A DNA stretch of 32,000 bases from Pseudothioglobus sp. nBUS_23 (lineage in GTDB: Bacteria; Pseudomonadota; Gammaproteobacteria; PS1; Pseudothioglobaceae). The notes beneath the pieces were generated by a model. It searched no databases. It was not told the origin of the DNA and saw only the letters and a list, made by a program, of their open reading frames with translations. The translations under genes were made by a program, and so were the position numbers. The first letter of the stretch is position 1. Each line of letters begins with the position of its first letter. Positions 17,827-27,113 of the stretch are shown here, in pieces. The stretch is from positions 690,001 to 722,000 of the forward strand of contig NZ_CP179200.1 in assembly GCF_051201565.1 (NCBI RefSeq), in the 5' to 3' direction.

Positions 17827-19230
17827 ATGTTTGATAATTTAACAGACCGTCTATCCAACAGTTTTAAAGCCCTACAGGGAAAAAATAAGTTATCAGAAGC
17901 CAACATCAAGGAAGCTATCCGTGAGGTAAGAAGATCTCTTCTCGAGGCCGATGTTGCGCTTGACGTCATAAAGTATTTCATTGAAAGGGTTCAAACAAAA
18001 GCTATTGGCCTTAAGGTTGGCGAAGGGTTAAACCCATCTCAAGCCTTCATCAAGTTAGTTGAGTCAGAGCTTACAGAGGTGATTGGTGGACAAAATGAGT
18101 CTCTCAATCTAGCAACTCAGCCACCTGCGGTCGTTATGGTTGCTGGTCTCCAGGGTTCTGGTAAAACAACCTCAATTGCAAAGTTAGCTCGATTTTTAAA
18201 GGAAGATCAAAAAAAGAAGGTCCTGGTGGTTAGTGCTGACGTCTATAGGCCAGCTGCGATAGAACAGCTGAAAGTTCTCGCCCAAGAGATAGAGGTCGAT
18301 TTTTTTCCTTCAACTGTAGATGAGAGGCCAGAAAAAATTGTTGCTGATGCAAAAAAACAAGCACAGTCTCAGTTCCATGATGTACTTTTAGTCGATACTG
18401 CAGGAAGGCTTGCTATTGATGAGCAGATGATGTCTGAGATACAGATCCTTCAGAAGCAAGTAAACCCCATTGAAACCCTCTTTGTTGTTGATTCAATGAC
18501 TGGTCAGGATGCAGCTCATACTGCAAAAGCGTTCTCTGATGTGTTGCCGTTAACAGGTGTGATCCTTACTAAAACGGATGGTGATGCGAGAGGCGGTGCT
18601 GCGCTCTCTGTTAGGCACATTACTGGAAAGCCAATCAAGTTTATGGGTGTCGGTGAAAAGACTGACGCGTTGGAGCCATTTCATCCAGATAGATTGGTTT
18701 CAAGGATTCTTGGAATGGGTGACGTGCTCTCGTTGGTCGATGAGATTTCCAAGAAGGTTGATCATAAAAAGGCACAAAAAAATGTTCAGAAGATGGCAAA
18801 AGGCCGCTTCGATTTGGATGATATGAGAGACCAGCTCATTCAAATGCAGGATATGGGGGGTATGGGTGCCCTTATGGATAAGCTTCCAGGTATGGGACAA
18901 ATGCCTCAAAGTGTTAAAAATCAAATGATTGGTGACAAAGAGAGCTCCAGGATGATTGCCATTATTAATTCAATGACTCCGAAAGAAAGAAACCATGTCA
19001 ACCTCATTAAAGGGTCACGTAAAAAAAGGATAGCCGCAGGGTCGGGCACTGATGTTCAGCATGTCAACAAGCTGCTCAAACAGTTTGAAAAAATGCAAAA
19101 AACAATGAAAAAAATGAAAGGCGGCAAGATGAAAAAGATGATGCAACAAATGGAAGGGATGCAAGGTCAAGGCGGCATGCCAGATCTTTCTAAAATGCCT
19201 GGCTTTGGAAACAAGAAGTTTCCTTTCTGA
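17827..19230 (+). CDS. ffh: Signal recognition particle protein
   Basis: N, G and M domains are present: GLQGSGKTT, DTAGR, TKTDGDARGG and a Met-rich C-terminal domain. Confidence 0.95.
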   Translation: MFDNLTDRLSNSFKALQGKNKLSEANIKEAIREVRRSLLEADVALDVIKYFIERVQTKAIGLKVGEGLNPSQAFIKLVESELTEVIGGQNESLNLATQPPAVVMVAGLQGSGKTTSIAKLARFLKEDQKKKVLVVSADVYRPAAIEQLKVLAQEIEVDFFPSTVDERPEKIVADAKKQAQSQFHDVLLVDTAGRLAIDEQMMSEIQILQKQVNPIETLFVVDSMTGQDAAHTAKAFSDVLPLTGVILTKTDGDARGGAALSVRHITGKPIKFMGVGEKTDALEPFHPDRLVSRILGMGDVLSLVDEISKKVDHKKAQKNVQKMAKGRFDLDDMRDQLIQMQDMGGMGALMDKLPGMGQMPQSVKNQMIGDKESSRMIAIINSMTPKERNHVNLIKGSRKKRIAAGSGTDVQHVNKLLKQFEKMQKTMKKMKGGKMKKMMQQMEGMQGQGGMPDLSKMPGFGNKKFPF

Positions 19231-19312
19231 GTTAGAAATATTTTTGTTGTTGCCTCTTGCAGTTTCTTGTTTTTGATATAAAATTCGACCTTTTAACCAA
19301 CCCTTAAGCTCA

Positions 19313-19687
19313 ATGAGACTTAACCTCAAAATCATAGCAATATTTTTGATTGGTTTGTTTTCATTCCAGCCGTTGTCTGTATCAGCTGACAACTCAATTG
19401 AGACGGTTCGATTGTCTCTAGCAATTACCTCGGCTGATCATATCAATTTAACAGCAGTCAAGCAGGTCGAGACAGGAATTAATGCCTATGATGCTATTAG
19501 ACAGCTGATAGTTGTCGGGGTTAAAGATACAAGTTTTGGTCCTCAGATTATGTCTTTGGGCGGAGTAGAGGCTGATGGGAATACCTATTGGGCCTTGTAT
19601 GTTAACGGCACAATGTCTATGGTAGGCGCGCATGATGTTATTCTTTCTGAAGATACATTTATTCGCTTGAACATGGAAGCCTTTTAA
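19313..19687 (+). CDS. Secreted DUF4430-like (transcobalamin beta-domain-like) protein
   Basis: Signal peptide MRLNLKIIAIFLIGLFSFQPLSVSA. The C-terminal block YWALYVNGTMSMVGAHDVILSEDTFIRLNM resembles the DUF4430 signature (W.Y.VNG....G........GD.I.F.Y). Confidence 0.55.
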   Translation: MRLNLKIIAIFLIGLFSFQPLSVSADNSIETVRLSLAITSADHINLTAVKQVETGINAYDAIRQLIVVGVKDTSFGPQIMSLGGVEADGNTYWALYVNGTMSMVGAHDVILSEDTFIRLNMEAF

Positions 19688-19718
19688 GATATGATTATTT
19701 CAAATTATTTGGAGAGAA

Positions 19719-20309
19719 ATGATGGACAATCAAGATTACAAACTTAATTCAAGTTTTAGTTATTTAGTTATTTTGGCAGTCTTAATTGCCCTAGGCGTCG
19801 CTGGACGACTTTTACCTCATCCACCAAACTTTACACCAATGGCTGCAATTGCACTTTTCGCAGGCTTTATTTTTGTAAAAAGATACATGGCGATTGTTGC
19901 TGTAGTCGTTACAATGCTGCTTTGCGACTATTTTGCTTTTGGCTCTCTTTCAGCGAACTGGTTTGGGTCAAAGTCGATGTTTGTTGTTTATCTGGCTTTA
20001 CTTTTTCCAATCGTTTTCAAAAACTACCTTCAAAGAAAGCTTGGTGCTCTAAGAATTGCTGGTGCTGCGCTTGCAAGCTCAACAGTCTTCTTCATTGCAA
20101 CTAACTTTGCTGTATGGGCGTTTTCACCGATGTATGCAAAGACCTTTGAAGGTCTTGTGCTTTGTTACACTATGGCGATTCCTTTTTTCCAAAATACAAT
20201 TGCTGGTGACCTAATCTGGTCCGGTGCCATATTTGGTGCTTATATTGCTCTTAGGAACTATTCAAATTTACAAATTTTCAATCAGAAAGATTCTTTAATC
20301 TTTAATTAA
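19719..20309 (+). CDS. Small ~6-TM membrane protein, ECF S-component-like / DUF6580-like putative transporter
   Basis: 196 aa with about six hydrophobic helices. Contains the motif GRLLPHPPNFTPMAAIALFAG. A strong SD (GGAGAG) sits 31 bp after the DUF4430-like gene. The family call is from memory and needs an HMM check. Confidence 0.5.
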   Translation: MMDNQDYKLNSSFSYLVILAVLIALGVAGRLLPHPPNFTPMAAIALFAGFIFVKRYMAIVAVVVTMLLCDYFAFGSLSANWFGSKSMFVVYLALLFPIVFKNYLQRKLGALRIAGAALASSTVFFIATNFAVWAFSPMYAKTFEGLVLCYTMAIPFFQNTIAGDLIWSGAIFGAYIALRNYSNLQIFNQKDSLIFN

Positions 20310-20379
20310 ATCTTTAATCAATTGTCGACTGTTCATAATCAAAAGATTTTGAGCGTTTACTTTTGATTTTGAGGGCTGC

Positions 20380-21258
20380 ATGACAAACCATCTAAAAGGC
20401 CTTTTGATGACTATTTTTGCAGTAGTTATTTTAAGTCCAGACTCAGTTTTAATAAGGCTTGTAGAAGAGGCATCCTCTGAGGTTGACAGCTGGACTGTTT
20501 TGTTCTGGAGGGGTTTGCTTTATGCAGTTGGAGTTTCTCTTCTCGTTCTCATTAAGTATCGAAGTAAAACTATTGCTGAGTTCAAAAATATTGGAAAAGG
20601 CGGTCTAGTAATTGGTCTTTTTTCTGGAATCAGTACAGGCACATTTGTGTTTGCTATCGTCTACACTTCAATTGCTAACGCACTAGTCATTATTAGTACT
20701 GGCCCCATTATGATTGCAATCGTTGCCTGGTTTTTACTGAAAGAGAAGTCCAGTCTAATCACTTGGGCCGCTATGATCATCGTTTTTATAGGTATTTATA
20801 TAGTGATGAGTGGTAGCTTTGGTGGCAAGAGTCTCGTTGGAGACTTCTTTGCATTGATTACCGCTGTGATGATGGGTTTTACCTTTACTCTGACTCGAAA
20901 ATATAAACACGTCAACATGGTTCCAGTCAACGCTATTGGTGGCCTTATTGCTGCCTTAATTGCATTCTTAATGGCCAATCAAATTACTGTACCGGCTGAG
21001 GTAGTAGGTTACATTATTGCAATGGGAGCGATACTCTCCATCTCGTTTAGCTTGATTACAATTGCTCCTAGGTATATGCCTGCTGCTGAAGTTGGGATGA
21101 TAATGCCTCTAGAAACGGTCTTAGGTTCTCTCATTGCTTGGTATGTTATTAGTGAGGTGCCTTCTGTCAACGCTCTTGTTGGGGGCAGTATTGTGATCGT
21201 CACACTGTTTTTACATTCATGGTATAGCACTAGGCTTGCCAAAAATCAAATTGACTAG
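20380..21258 (+). CDS. DMT superfamily (EamA-type) transporter, copy 1
   Basis: 292 aa, about 10 TM, with a two-EamA-repeat architecture. Paralogous to the next gene. Confidence 0.8.
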   Translation: MTNHLKGLLMTIFAVVILSPDSVLIRLVEEASSEVDSWTVLFWRGLLYAVGVSLLVLIKYRSKTIAEFKNIGKGGLVIGLFSGISTGTFVFAIVYTSIANALVIISTGPIMIAIVAWFLLKEKSSLITWAAMIIVFIGIYIVMSGSFGGKSLVGDFFALITAVMMGFTFTLTRKYKHVNMVPVNAIGGLIAALIAFLMANQITVPAEVVGYIIAMGAILSISFSLITIAPRYMPAAEVGMIMPLETVLGSLIAWYVISEVPSVNALVGGSIVIVTLFLHSWYSTRLAKNQID

Positions 21259-21294
21259 ACAAGCAGTTGGTGCAATAGGTTTGTTGCAATAGTC

Positions 21295-22149
21295 ATGTCT
21301 AATCACTTAAAAGGCCTCCTCATTGCTTTCTTTGGTGTCCTCGTGCTCACCCCCGAAGGGATACTTGTCAAGTTGGCTGACTCAGATAGTTTTACAATTC
21401 TGTTTTGGAGAGGCATCTTTTTTGCTCTGAGTATATTAATTATTCTGTTCATTGGCTATGGATCAAGAGCTATAAATGAGATAAAGAGTATCGGAAAAGA
21501 AGGAATTTTAATTGGCTGTTTGACTGGCCTTGGAGGCGCCACATTTATTCTTGCTATTCACTACACGACACTAGCTAAAACTTTGGTGATTATTAGTGCT
21601 TCGCCGCTCATGGTGGCCTTGGTTTCGTTCCTGCTCTTAAAGGAAAAGCCAAAAATTTTTACCTGGCTAGCAATGGTTGTTGTCTTCTTTGGAATTTACA
21701 TTGTCATGTCTGGAGATACCAGTGGGCTAAATTTAAAGGGAAGTTTGTTTGCGCTTGCATCTGTTACAACGGGTGGGTTTTCTTTTACTTTGCTCAGAAA
21801 ATATAAAGAGGTGAATATGGTCCCAGCTATGGCGATCAATGGTTTATTTATCACCCTAGTTGGATTAATCTTTGCAGAGTCATTAACACTGACCTCGCAA
21901 GCGATGACTTATATTGTCATCAGTAGTGTTTTAGTTGCAATCTCATTTACATTGATTACAATTGCACCTCAATACATTCCCGCACCTGAAGTCGCTATAT
22001 TCTTTCCAATGGGGACCGTGATTGGTACTTTGTTGGCCTGGCTCGTTCTTAAGGAGGAGTTGTCGAATAACGCTGTATTTGGCGGTGTAATAGTCGTTTT
22101 AACTTTATTCATTCACTCAATTTATAGTGCTAAACAATCAAAAAATTAA
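21295..22149 (+). CDS. DMT superfamily (EamA-type) transporter, copy 2 (tandem paralog of copy 1)
   Basis: Aligns end to end with copy 1 (MSNHLKGLL / MTNHLKGLL, LFWRG, FTLLRKYKEVNMVP / FTLTRKYKHVNMVP, LITIAPQYIPAPEV / LITIAPRYMPAAEV). About half the residues are identical by eye. Confidence 0.8.
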   Translation: MSNHLKGLLIAFFGVLVLTPEGILVKLADSDSFTILFWRGIFFALSILIILFIGYGSRAINEIKSIGKEGILIGCLTGLGGATFILAIHYTTLAKTLVIISASPLMVALVSFLLLKEKPKIFTWLAMVVVFFGIYIVMSGDTSGLNLKGSLFALASVTTGGFSFTLLRKYKEVNMVPAMAINGLFITLVGLIFAESLTLTSQAMTYIVISSVLVAISFTLITIAPQYIPAPEVAIFFPMGTVIGTLLAWLVLKEELSNNAVFGGVIVVLTLFIHSIYSAKQSKN

Positions 22150-22154
22150 AATTT

Positions 22155-23054
22155 ATGAAATCACAAGCAATTAGAGCAGACCTTCTTATGCTTCTTGCAG
22201 CAGCGATATGGGGCTTTGCCTTTGTTGCCCAAAGAGAGGGGATGGAGACGATGGGTCCATTTCTATTCAACACTGCAAGGTTTTTTATTGGTACTGTTTT
22301 TTTGTTTCCAATCGTTTGGTATTTATCTAAAAAGAATAAACCTCAAGAGAATAAAGAAACATCCACTAAAAAGCTCTTGTTCGCAGGCTTTATTGCTGGA
22401 CTATTTTTATTTATGGCTTCGAGTTTTCAGCAAGTTGGAATTCAATACACCACTGCAGGGAAAGCTGGCTTTATAACTGGCCTTTACATCTTTTTTGTTC
22501 CAATTATTGCCATATTTTTTGGTCAGAGGACTGGCTCTGGTACCTGGCTGGGCGCCTTCATTGCCGTCATAGGACTCTATCTGCTGAGCATCAATGATGA
22601 CTTCAGTATTGCCAGGGGTGACCTCCTTCAACTCATATGCGCCGTCTTCTTTGCCGCGCACATTTTAGTGGTTGGCTATGTTGCCAAGAGAATGGACCCA
22701 TTGAAGCTTTCATTGATCCAATACTTTGTCTCTGGCGTCTTAAGTCTTTTTATAGCAGTTGCTATAGAAGTAATTACTTGGCAGATGATTGTGGATACTG
22801 CGATTCCGCTCCTCTATGCCGGCATTATGTCGATTGGAGTAGGGTACACGCTGCAAGTGGTTGCTCAGCAGCATGCCAAATCCTCACATGCAGCTATTAT
22901 TTTGGGTTTAGAGGGAGCATTTGCTGTCCTTGGTGGTTGGCTTATCCTGGATGAAAACTTGTCAACTCGAGGACTTATTGGCTGTGCACTGATGCTAGCA
23001 GGAATGTTCTTGTCTCAACTATTGCCGCGCCTGAGTTTCAAGAAAGCTAATTAA
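22155..23054 (+). CDS. DMT superfamily (EamA-type) transporter, copy 3 (more distant)
   Basis: 299 aa, 10-TM pattern, N-terminus LLMLLAAAIWGFAFVAQR typical of EamA proteins. Starts 5 bp after copy 2. Confidence 0.8.
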   Translation: MKSQAIRADLLMLLAAAIWGFAFVAQREGMETMGPFLFNTARFFIGTVFLFPIVWYLSKKNKPQENKETSTKKLLFAGFIAGLFLFMASSFQQVGIQYTTAGKAGFITGLYIFFVPIIAIFFGQRTGSGTWLGAFIAVIGLYLLSINDDFSIARGDLLQLICAVFFAAHILVVGYVAKRMDPLKLSLIQYFVSGVLSLFIAVAIEVITWQMIVDTAIPLLYAGIMSIGVGYTLQVVAQQHAKSSHAAIILGLEGAFAVLGGWLILDENLSTRGLIGCALMLAGMFLSQLLPRLSFKKAN

Positions 23055-23118
23055 AGCAGCCCTTAAATCTCATGGTATGATTACCAAGCTTCTTTGCTAT
23101 TTGATGTTTTAGTGGATA

Positions 23119-23901
23119 TTGATGAATATTATCGATTTTCAAAATATAACGGTATTTCAAGGAAGAAACAAAGTCCTTGACGAATTCTCACTGACAATAG
23201 ATGAGAGTCAAAGCACAGTTATTCTTGGTCCAAATGGCTCTGGTAAAACAACACTCCTTAAGCTTCTAAATAGAGAGCTTTATATCGTAGAGGATAAAAA
23301 TAGCAGCCTTAAAATCTTTGAGAAAGACAGGTGGAATGTGGATGAACTTCGATCCAACTTGGGAGTCGTTTCACAGCACCTTCAGTACGGCTATTCAAGC
23401 ACTGCGATAGGTCTATATGTTGTACTTTCAGGCTTTTATTCGAGTGATGGTATATGGCAGCACCAGGAGTTTGATGACGTTAAGCTAGATCGCGCCAAAG
23501 AGGTTATGGATCTTTTATCAATCACTAACCTAAAAGACAGAGAGTTCTCAACCCTATCTACCGGAGAGCAAAGAAAATTCTTGCTTGCCAGATCACTCGT
23601 TAATGATCCAGCCGTTCTAGTTTTTGACGAGCCAACCAGTGGCCTTGATATGAGTACATGCTTTCAGTACCTTGAAATTATTAGAGAGCTTATTAGTATG
23701 GGGAAAAAAGTGATCCTGGTCACGCACCACATTCATGAGATACCACCTGAGGTCACCAGAGTCATTCTATTGAAAGAGGGCAGGGTGATTGAGGATGGGG
23801 ATAAAGATCAAATCTTAACTAATACCAACCTAACCAATCTGTTTGATTGGCCTATTAGAGTGATAAAGGAGAACGGTTATTACCAGGCAATACCTGGATA
23901 A
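23119..23901 (+). CDS. ABC transporter ATP-binding protein with no adjacent permease
   Basis: Walker A GPNGSGKTT, signature LSTGEQRK, Walker B LVFDEP, H-loop VTHH. The track start is a TTG at 23119; an ATG is at 23122. Confidence 0.8.
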   Translation: MMNIIDFQNITVFQGRNKVLDEFSLTIDESQSTVILGPNGSGKTTLLKLLNRELYIVEDKNSSLKIFEKDRWNVDELRSNLGVVSQHLQYGYSSTAIGLYVVLSGFYSSDGIWQHQEFDDVKLDRAKEVMDLLSITNLKDREFSTLSTGEQRKFLLARSLVNDPAVLVFDEPTSGLDMSTCFQYLEIIRELISMGKKVILVTHHIHEIPPEVTRVILLKEGRVIEDGDKDQILTNTNLTNLFDWPIRVIKENGYYQAIPG

Positions 23902-25200
23902 TTATTCTTTATCGGTGCGATAGAGTGCTGATTTTGCATGGGCCTGTAGACCTTCCCCAAATGCTAAAACGGAGGCAGTCTTACCCAATTTTTTTGCCCC
24001 TTCTTTTGAAGCCATGACAATGCTAGAACGTTTTGTAAAATCATAAACCCCTAGAGGTGATGAAAACCTTGCAGTGCTGGAGGTGGGCAAAACATGATTC
24101 GTTCCAGCGCAGTAATCACCGAGCGCTTCAGAAGAGTATTTACCCATAAAAATAGCACCTGCATGCTTAATATCATCAAGAATCGACTCTGGGTCTTCAA
24201 CAGAGAGCTCGAGATGCTCAGGAGCAATTCTGTTAGAGATTTTGACAGCGTCATCAATGTCCTGAGTCAAAATCAGAGCACCTCTATTTTTGAGAGAGGT
24301 TTTAATGATTTGCTCCCTCTCCATAGTTGGAAGAAGTTTTGAAATGCTCATCTCAACCTCTTTTATAAAGTCTTCATCTGGGCACAGAAGGATTGCTTGG
24401 GCATCCTCGTCATGCTCAGCCTGAGAAAATAGATCCATTGCGATCCAGTCTGGATTGGTATTGCCATCACAGATAATGAGTATTTCTGAAGGCCCAGCGA
24501 TCATGTCAATCCCAACCTGTCCGAAGACCTGTCTTTTGGCTGTGGCTACATAAATATTTCCAGGACCAACAATCTTGTCAACCTTTGGAATACTCTCTGT
24601 TCCATAAGCAAGAGCAGCTATAGCTTGAGCACCGCCGATAGTGATTACTAAATCAACCTCAGCAACATAAGCTGCAGCAAGGACTAATTCATTAATCACG
24701 CCATTGGGCGTTGGCACAACCATGATCAGCTCTTCAACCCCGGCCACTTTTGCAGGAATGCTATTCATTAGAACTGAGGAAGGGTAGGCCGCTTTGCCGC
24801 CAGGAACGTATAGTCCTGCCCTCTGCAATGGAGTTATTTTTTGACCTAGTACGGAGCCGTCTTCTTCTTTATAAGTCCATGACTCTTGAATCTGATTAAG
24901 GTGGTATGACTTAATTCTTTCCGCTGCAATCGAGAGCGCATTTTTTTGCTCACTCTCCAGATTGTCAAAAGATTCTTTGAGTCTATTATGAGAAATGATA
25001 AGCTCTGAAATAGAATGAGCCTTGAGAGAGTCAAACTGATTGGTGTAATCTAAAACCGAGGCGTCACCATTTTGTTTTACAGCATCAATAATTTTCTCAA
25101 CAGAGCGATTAATTTCTTCATTTGAAGAGCTTTCCCAGGCTACTAATGCATTGAGTTGGCTATCAAAGTCTCTGTCTTGACTAGAAAATTTATGGATCAT
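23902..25200 (-). CDS. hisD: Histidinol dehydrogenase
   Basis: 432 aa with HisD blocks ([40 protein letters not shown]). Confidence 0.95.
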   Translation of the reverse strand: MIHKFSSQDRDFDSQLNALVAWESSSNEEINRSVEKIIDAVKQNGDASVLDYTNQFDSLKAHSISELIISHNRLKESFDNLESEQKNALSIAAERIKSYHLNQIQESWTYKEEDGSVLGQKITPLQRAGLYVPGGKAAYPSSVLMNSIPAKVAGVEELIMVVPTPNGVINELVLAAAYVAEVDLVITIGGAQAIAALAYGTESIPKVDKIVGPGNIYVATAKRQVFGQVGIDMIAGPSEILIICDGNTNPDWIAMDLFSQAEHDEDAQAILLCPDEDFIKEVEMSISKLLPTMEREQIIKTSLKNRGALILTQDIDDAVKISNRIAPEHLELSVEDPESILDDIKHAGAIFMGKYSSEALGDYCAGTNHVLPTSSTARFSSPLGVYDFTKRSSIVMASKEGAKKLGKTASVLAFGEGLQAHAKSALYRTDKE

Positions 25201-25814
25201 AAACTTTCTTTAATTTTTTGAATCCAACCATTGATTTCGCTATGCTTGGTGTTAAATGCTGCTGAGTTAACAATGAGTCTTGAGCTCACCTCATAGATTA
25301 AATCTAACGGGACAAGATTGTTTGCTTTGAGGGTATTACCGGTATCAACAAGGTCAACAATGCAGTCAGATAAACCAACAATAGGAGCAAGCTCCATAGC
25401 GCCATAAAGTTTGATGACTTCTACCTGCTTGCCTTGACTATAGAAGTACTCTTTTGCAGACCTGACATATTTTGTAGCTACCTTAAGTGAGCTCTTATTG
25501 AGGTCTTTATCTTTTTCAGAGGCGACCATCATTCTGCATTTGGATATACCCAAATCAAGCAGCTCAAAGACACCATCCGCGCCGTGTTCGATTAAGACAT
25601 CTTTTCCGGCAATACCAAAATCTGCAGCGCCGTGCTGAACAAATACTGGAACGTCACTCGCTCTTAAAATAATAACCTGAATATCGTCAAAGTTAGTATC
25701 CAGAATTAGCTTTCTGCTTTTCAGCTCGGTTTGTGGAATACTAATCCCAGCTTCTTCTAAAAGCGGCAGGGTTTGGTCTAATATGCGACCTTTTGAGAGT
25801 GCAATCGTAAGCAT
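25197..25814 (-). CDS. hisG: ATP phosphoribosyltransferase, short form (HisZ-dependent type)
   Basis: Begins [11 protein letters not shown]. At 205 aa it lacks the C-terminal regulatory domain. 4-bp overlap with hisD. Confidence 0.9.
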   Translation of the reverse strand: MLTIALSKGRILDQTLPLLEEAGISIPQTELKSRKLILDTNFDDIQVIILRASDVPVFVQHGAADFGIAGKDVLIEHGADGVFELLDLGISKCRMMVASEKDKDLNKSSLKVATKYVRSAKEYFYSQGKQVEVIKLYGAMELAPIVGLSDCIVDLVDTGNTLKANNLVPLDLIYEVSSRLIVNSAAFNTKHSEINGWIQKIKESL

Positions 25815-25846
25815 GCTTTTTTAATCTCTAGTTGTCTGTTTAAAAC

Positions 25847-27106
25847 TTAGTGCTGGACGCGTTCTATATCAGCGCCTAACATTTTAAATTTTTCTTCAAT
25901 CATCTCGTAACCTCTGTCGAGATGATAAACGCGCTCAATGGTGGTTGTCCCATGAGCAGCTAGACCAGCCAAAACTAGACTGGCAGATGCCCTCAGGTCA
26001 GTAGCCATAAGATTCGCGCCAGACAAAGATTTTACCCCTTTACATACAACTGTGTTGCCTTCTAGCTTGAGGTCAGCTCCCATTCGGCTGAGTTCGGGCA
26101 CATGCATAAAGCGATTTTCAAAGATGGTTTCAGTTATGGTGCTGCTTCCCTCTGCAATAGAATTAAGGGCCATAAATTGAGCCTGCATGTCAGTCGGAAA
26201 GTTTGGGTAGGCACTTGTTCGAATATTAACTGGGTTTGGCCTTTTACCTTTCATATCGAGCTTAATAGAGTTTTGATTGGTCTGAATATCCGCTCCAGTT
26301 TCAATGAGCTTTCCTATAACAGCACGCATGGAGTCTGGCTCAATATTATTAACAGTAATTTTGCCTCCAGTAATCGCAGCAGCAACAAGGTATGTTCCAG
26401 CCTCAATTCGATCTGGACAAATGGAGTATTCACAACCATCAAGATGATCCACTCCTTCAATGATCAATGAAGAGGTATTCTCACCAGTAATCTTTGCACC
26501 CATTTTTTTAAGGCATCGAATAAGATCAGTCACCTCAGGCTCTTGAGCAGCATTGTTAATTGTTGTAATGCCTTTAGCAAGCGCCGCCGCCATGATGATA
26601 TTCTCTGTGGCGGTAACTGAAATCAAATCAAAATTAATTTGAGCACCTACAAGCTCTTTCGCCTTAGCATAAATGTATCCATTCTTAACCTCTATGGTTG
26701 CGCCCATCTTCTCAAGAGCATCCAGATGAAGGTTGACCGGTCTGGTTCCAATAGCGCAGCCACCAGGGAGTGATATTTTAGCTTCTTTGTATTTTGTGAG
26801 CATTGGACCAAGCGTCAAAATAGAGGCGCGCATGGTTTTAACGAGAGCATATTCAGCTACCAAATTAGTAAGCTTTGATGAGTCAATAAAGATCGATCCA
26901 TCTTCCTCCAAAACAAAGTTTGATCCAATATCCATGAGCAGCCTCAGAGTTGTTGAAACATCACTCAGTTGAGGGGTATTCGACAGCTTAAGCGGACCAT
27001 CTGCGAGAATGGAAGCGAAGAAGATGGGAAGCGTTGCGTTTTTGGATCCGGAGGTCTTGATGCTTCCTGAAAGAGGAGAGCCTCCATGAATATCTAATCT
27101 ATACAT
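25847..27106 (-). CDS. murA: UDP-N-acetylglucosamine 1-carboxyvinyltransferase
   Basis: 419 aa with SGSKNATLP, the active-site region LPGGCAIGTRPVNLH and the C-terminal YHLDRGYE block. Confidence 0.95.
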   Translation of the reverse strand: MYRLDIHGGSPLSGSIKTSGSKNATLPIFFASILADGPLKLSNTPQLSDVSTTLRLLMDIGSNFVLEEDGSIFIDSSKLTNLVAEYALVKTMRASILTLGPMLTKYKEAKISLPGGCAIGTRPVNLHLDALEKMGATIEVKNGYIYAKAKELVGAQINFDLISVTATENIIMAAALAKGITTINNAAQEPEVTDLIRCLKKMGAKITGENTSSLIIEGVDHLDGCEYSICPDRIEAGTYLVAAAITGGKITVNNIEPDSMRAVIGKLIETGADIQTNQNSIKLDMKGKRPNPVNIRTSAYPNFPTDMQAQFMALNSIAEGSSTITETIFENRFMHVPELSRMGADLKLEGNTVVCKGVKSLSGANLMATDLRASASLVLAGLAAHGTTTIERVYHLDRGYEMIEEKFKMLGADIERVQH

Positions 27107-27113
27107 TTAATTA

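Noticed and set aside
17670-17981. 103-aa minus-strand ORF spanning the ypjD/ffh divergent region, plus the many other 60-125-aa ORFs antisense to or nested in long genes (for example 209-469, 10608-10907, 19015-19392, 22637-22954, 26102-26470)
   Set aside because: All are embedded in or opposite strongly supported conserved genes, have low-complexity or atypical composition, and match no recognisable family. I treat them as shadow ORFs.
19231-19312. Cobalamin riboswitch upstream of the DUF4430-like gene
   Set aside because: The gap is only 82 bp, far shorter than a B12 riboswitch. It contains no GCCACTG-type B12 box and no GC-rich helices.
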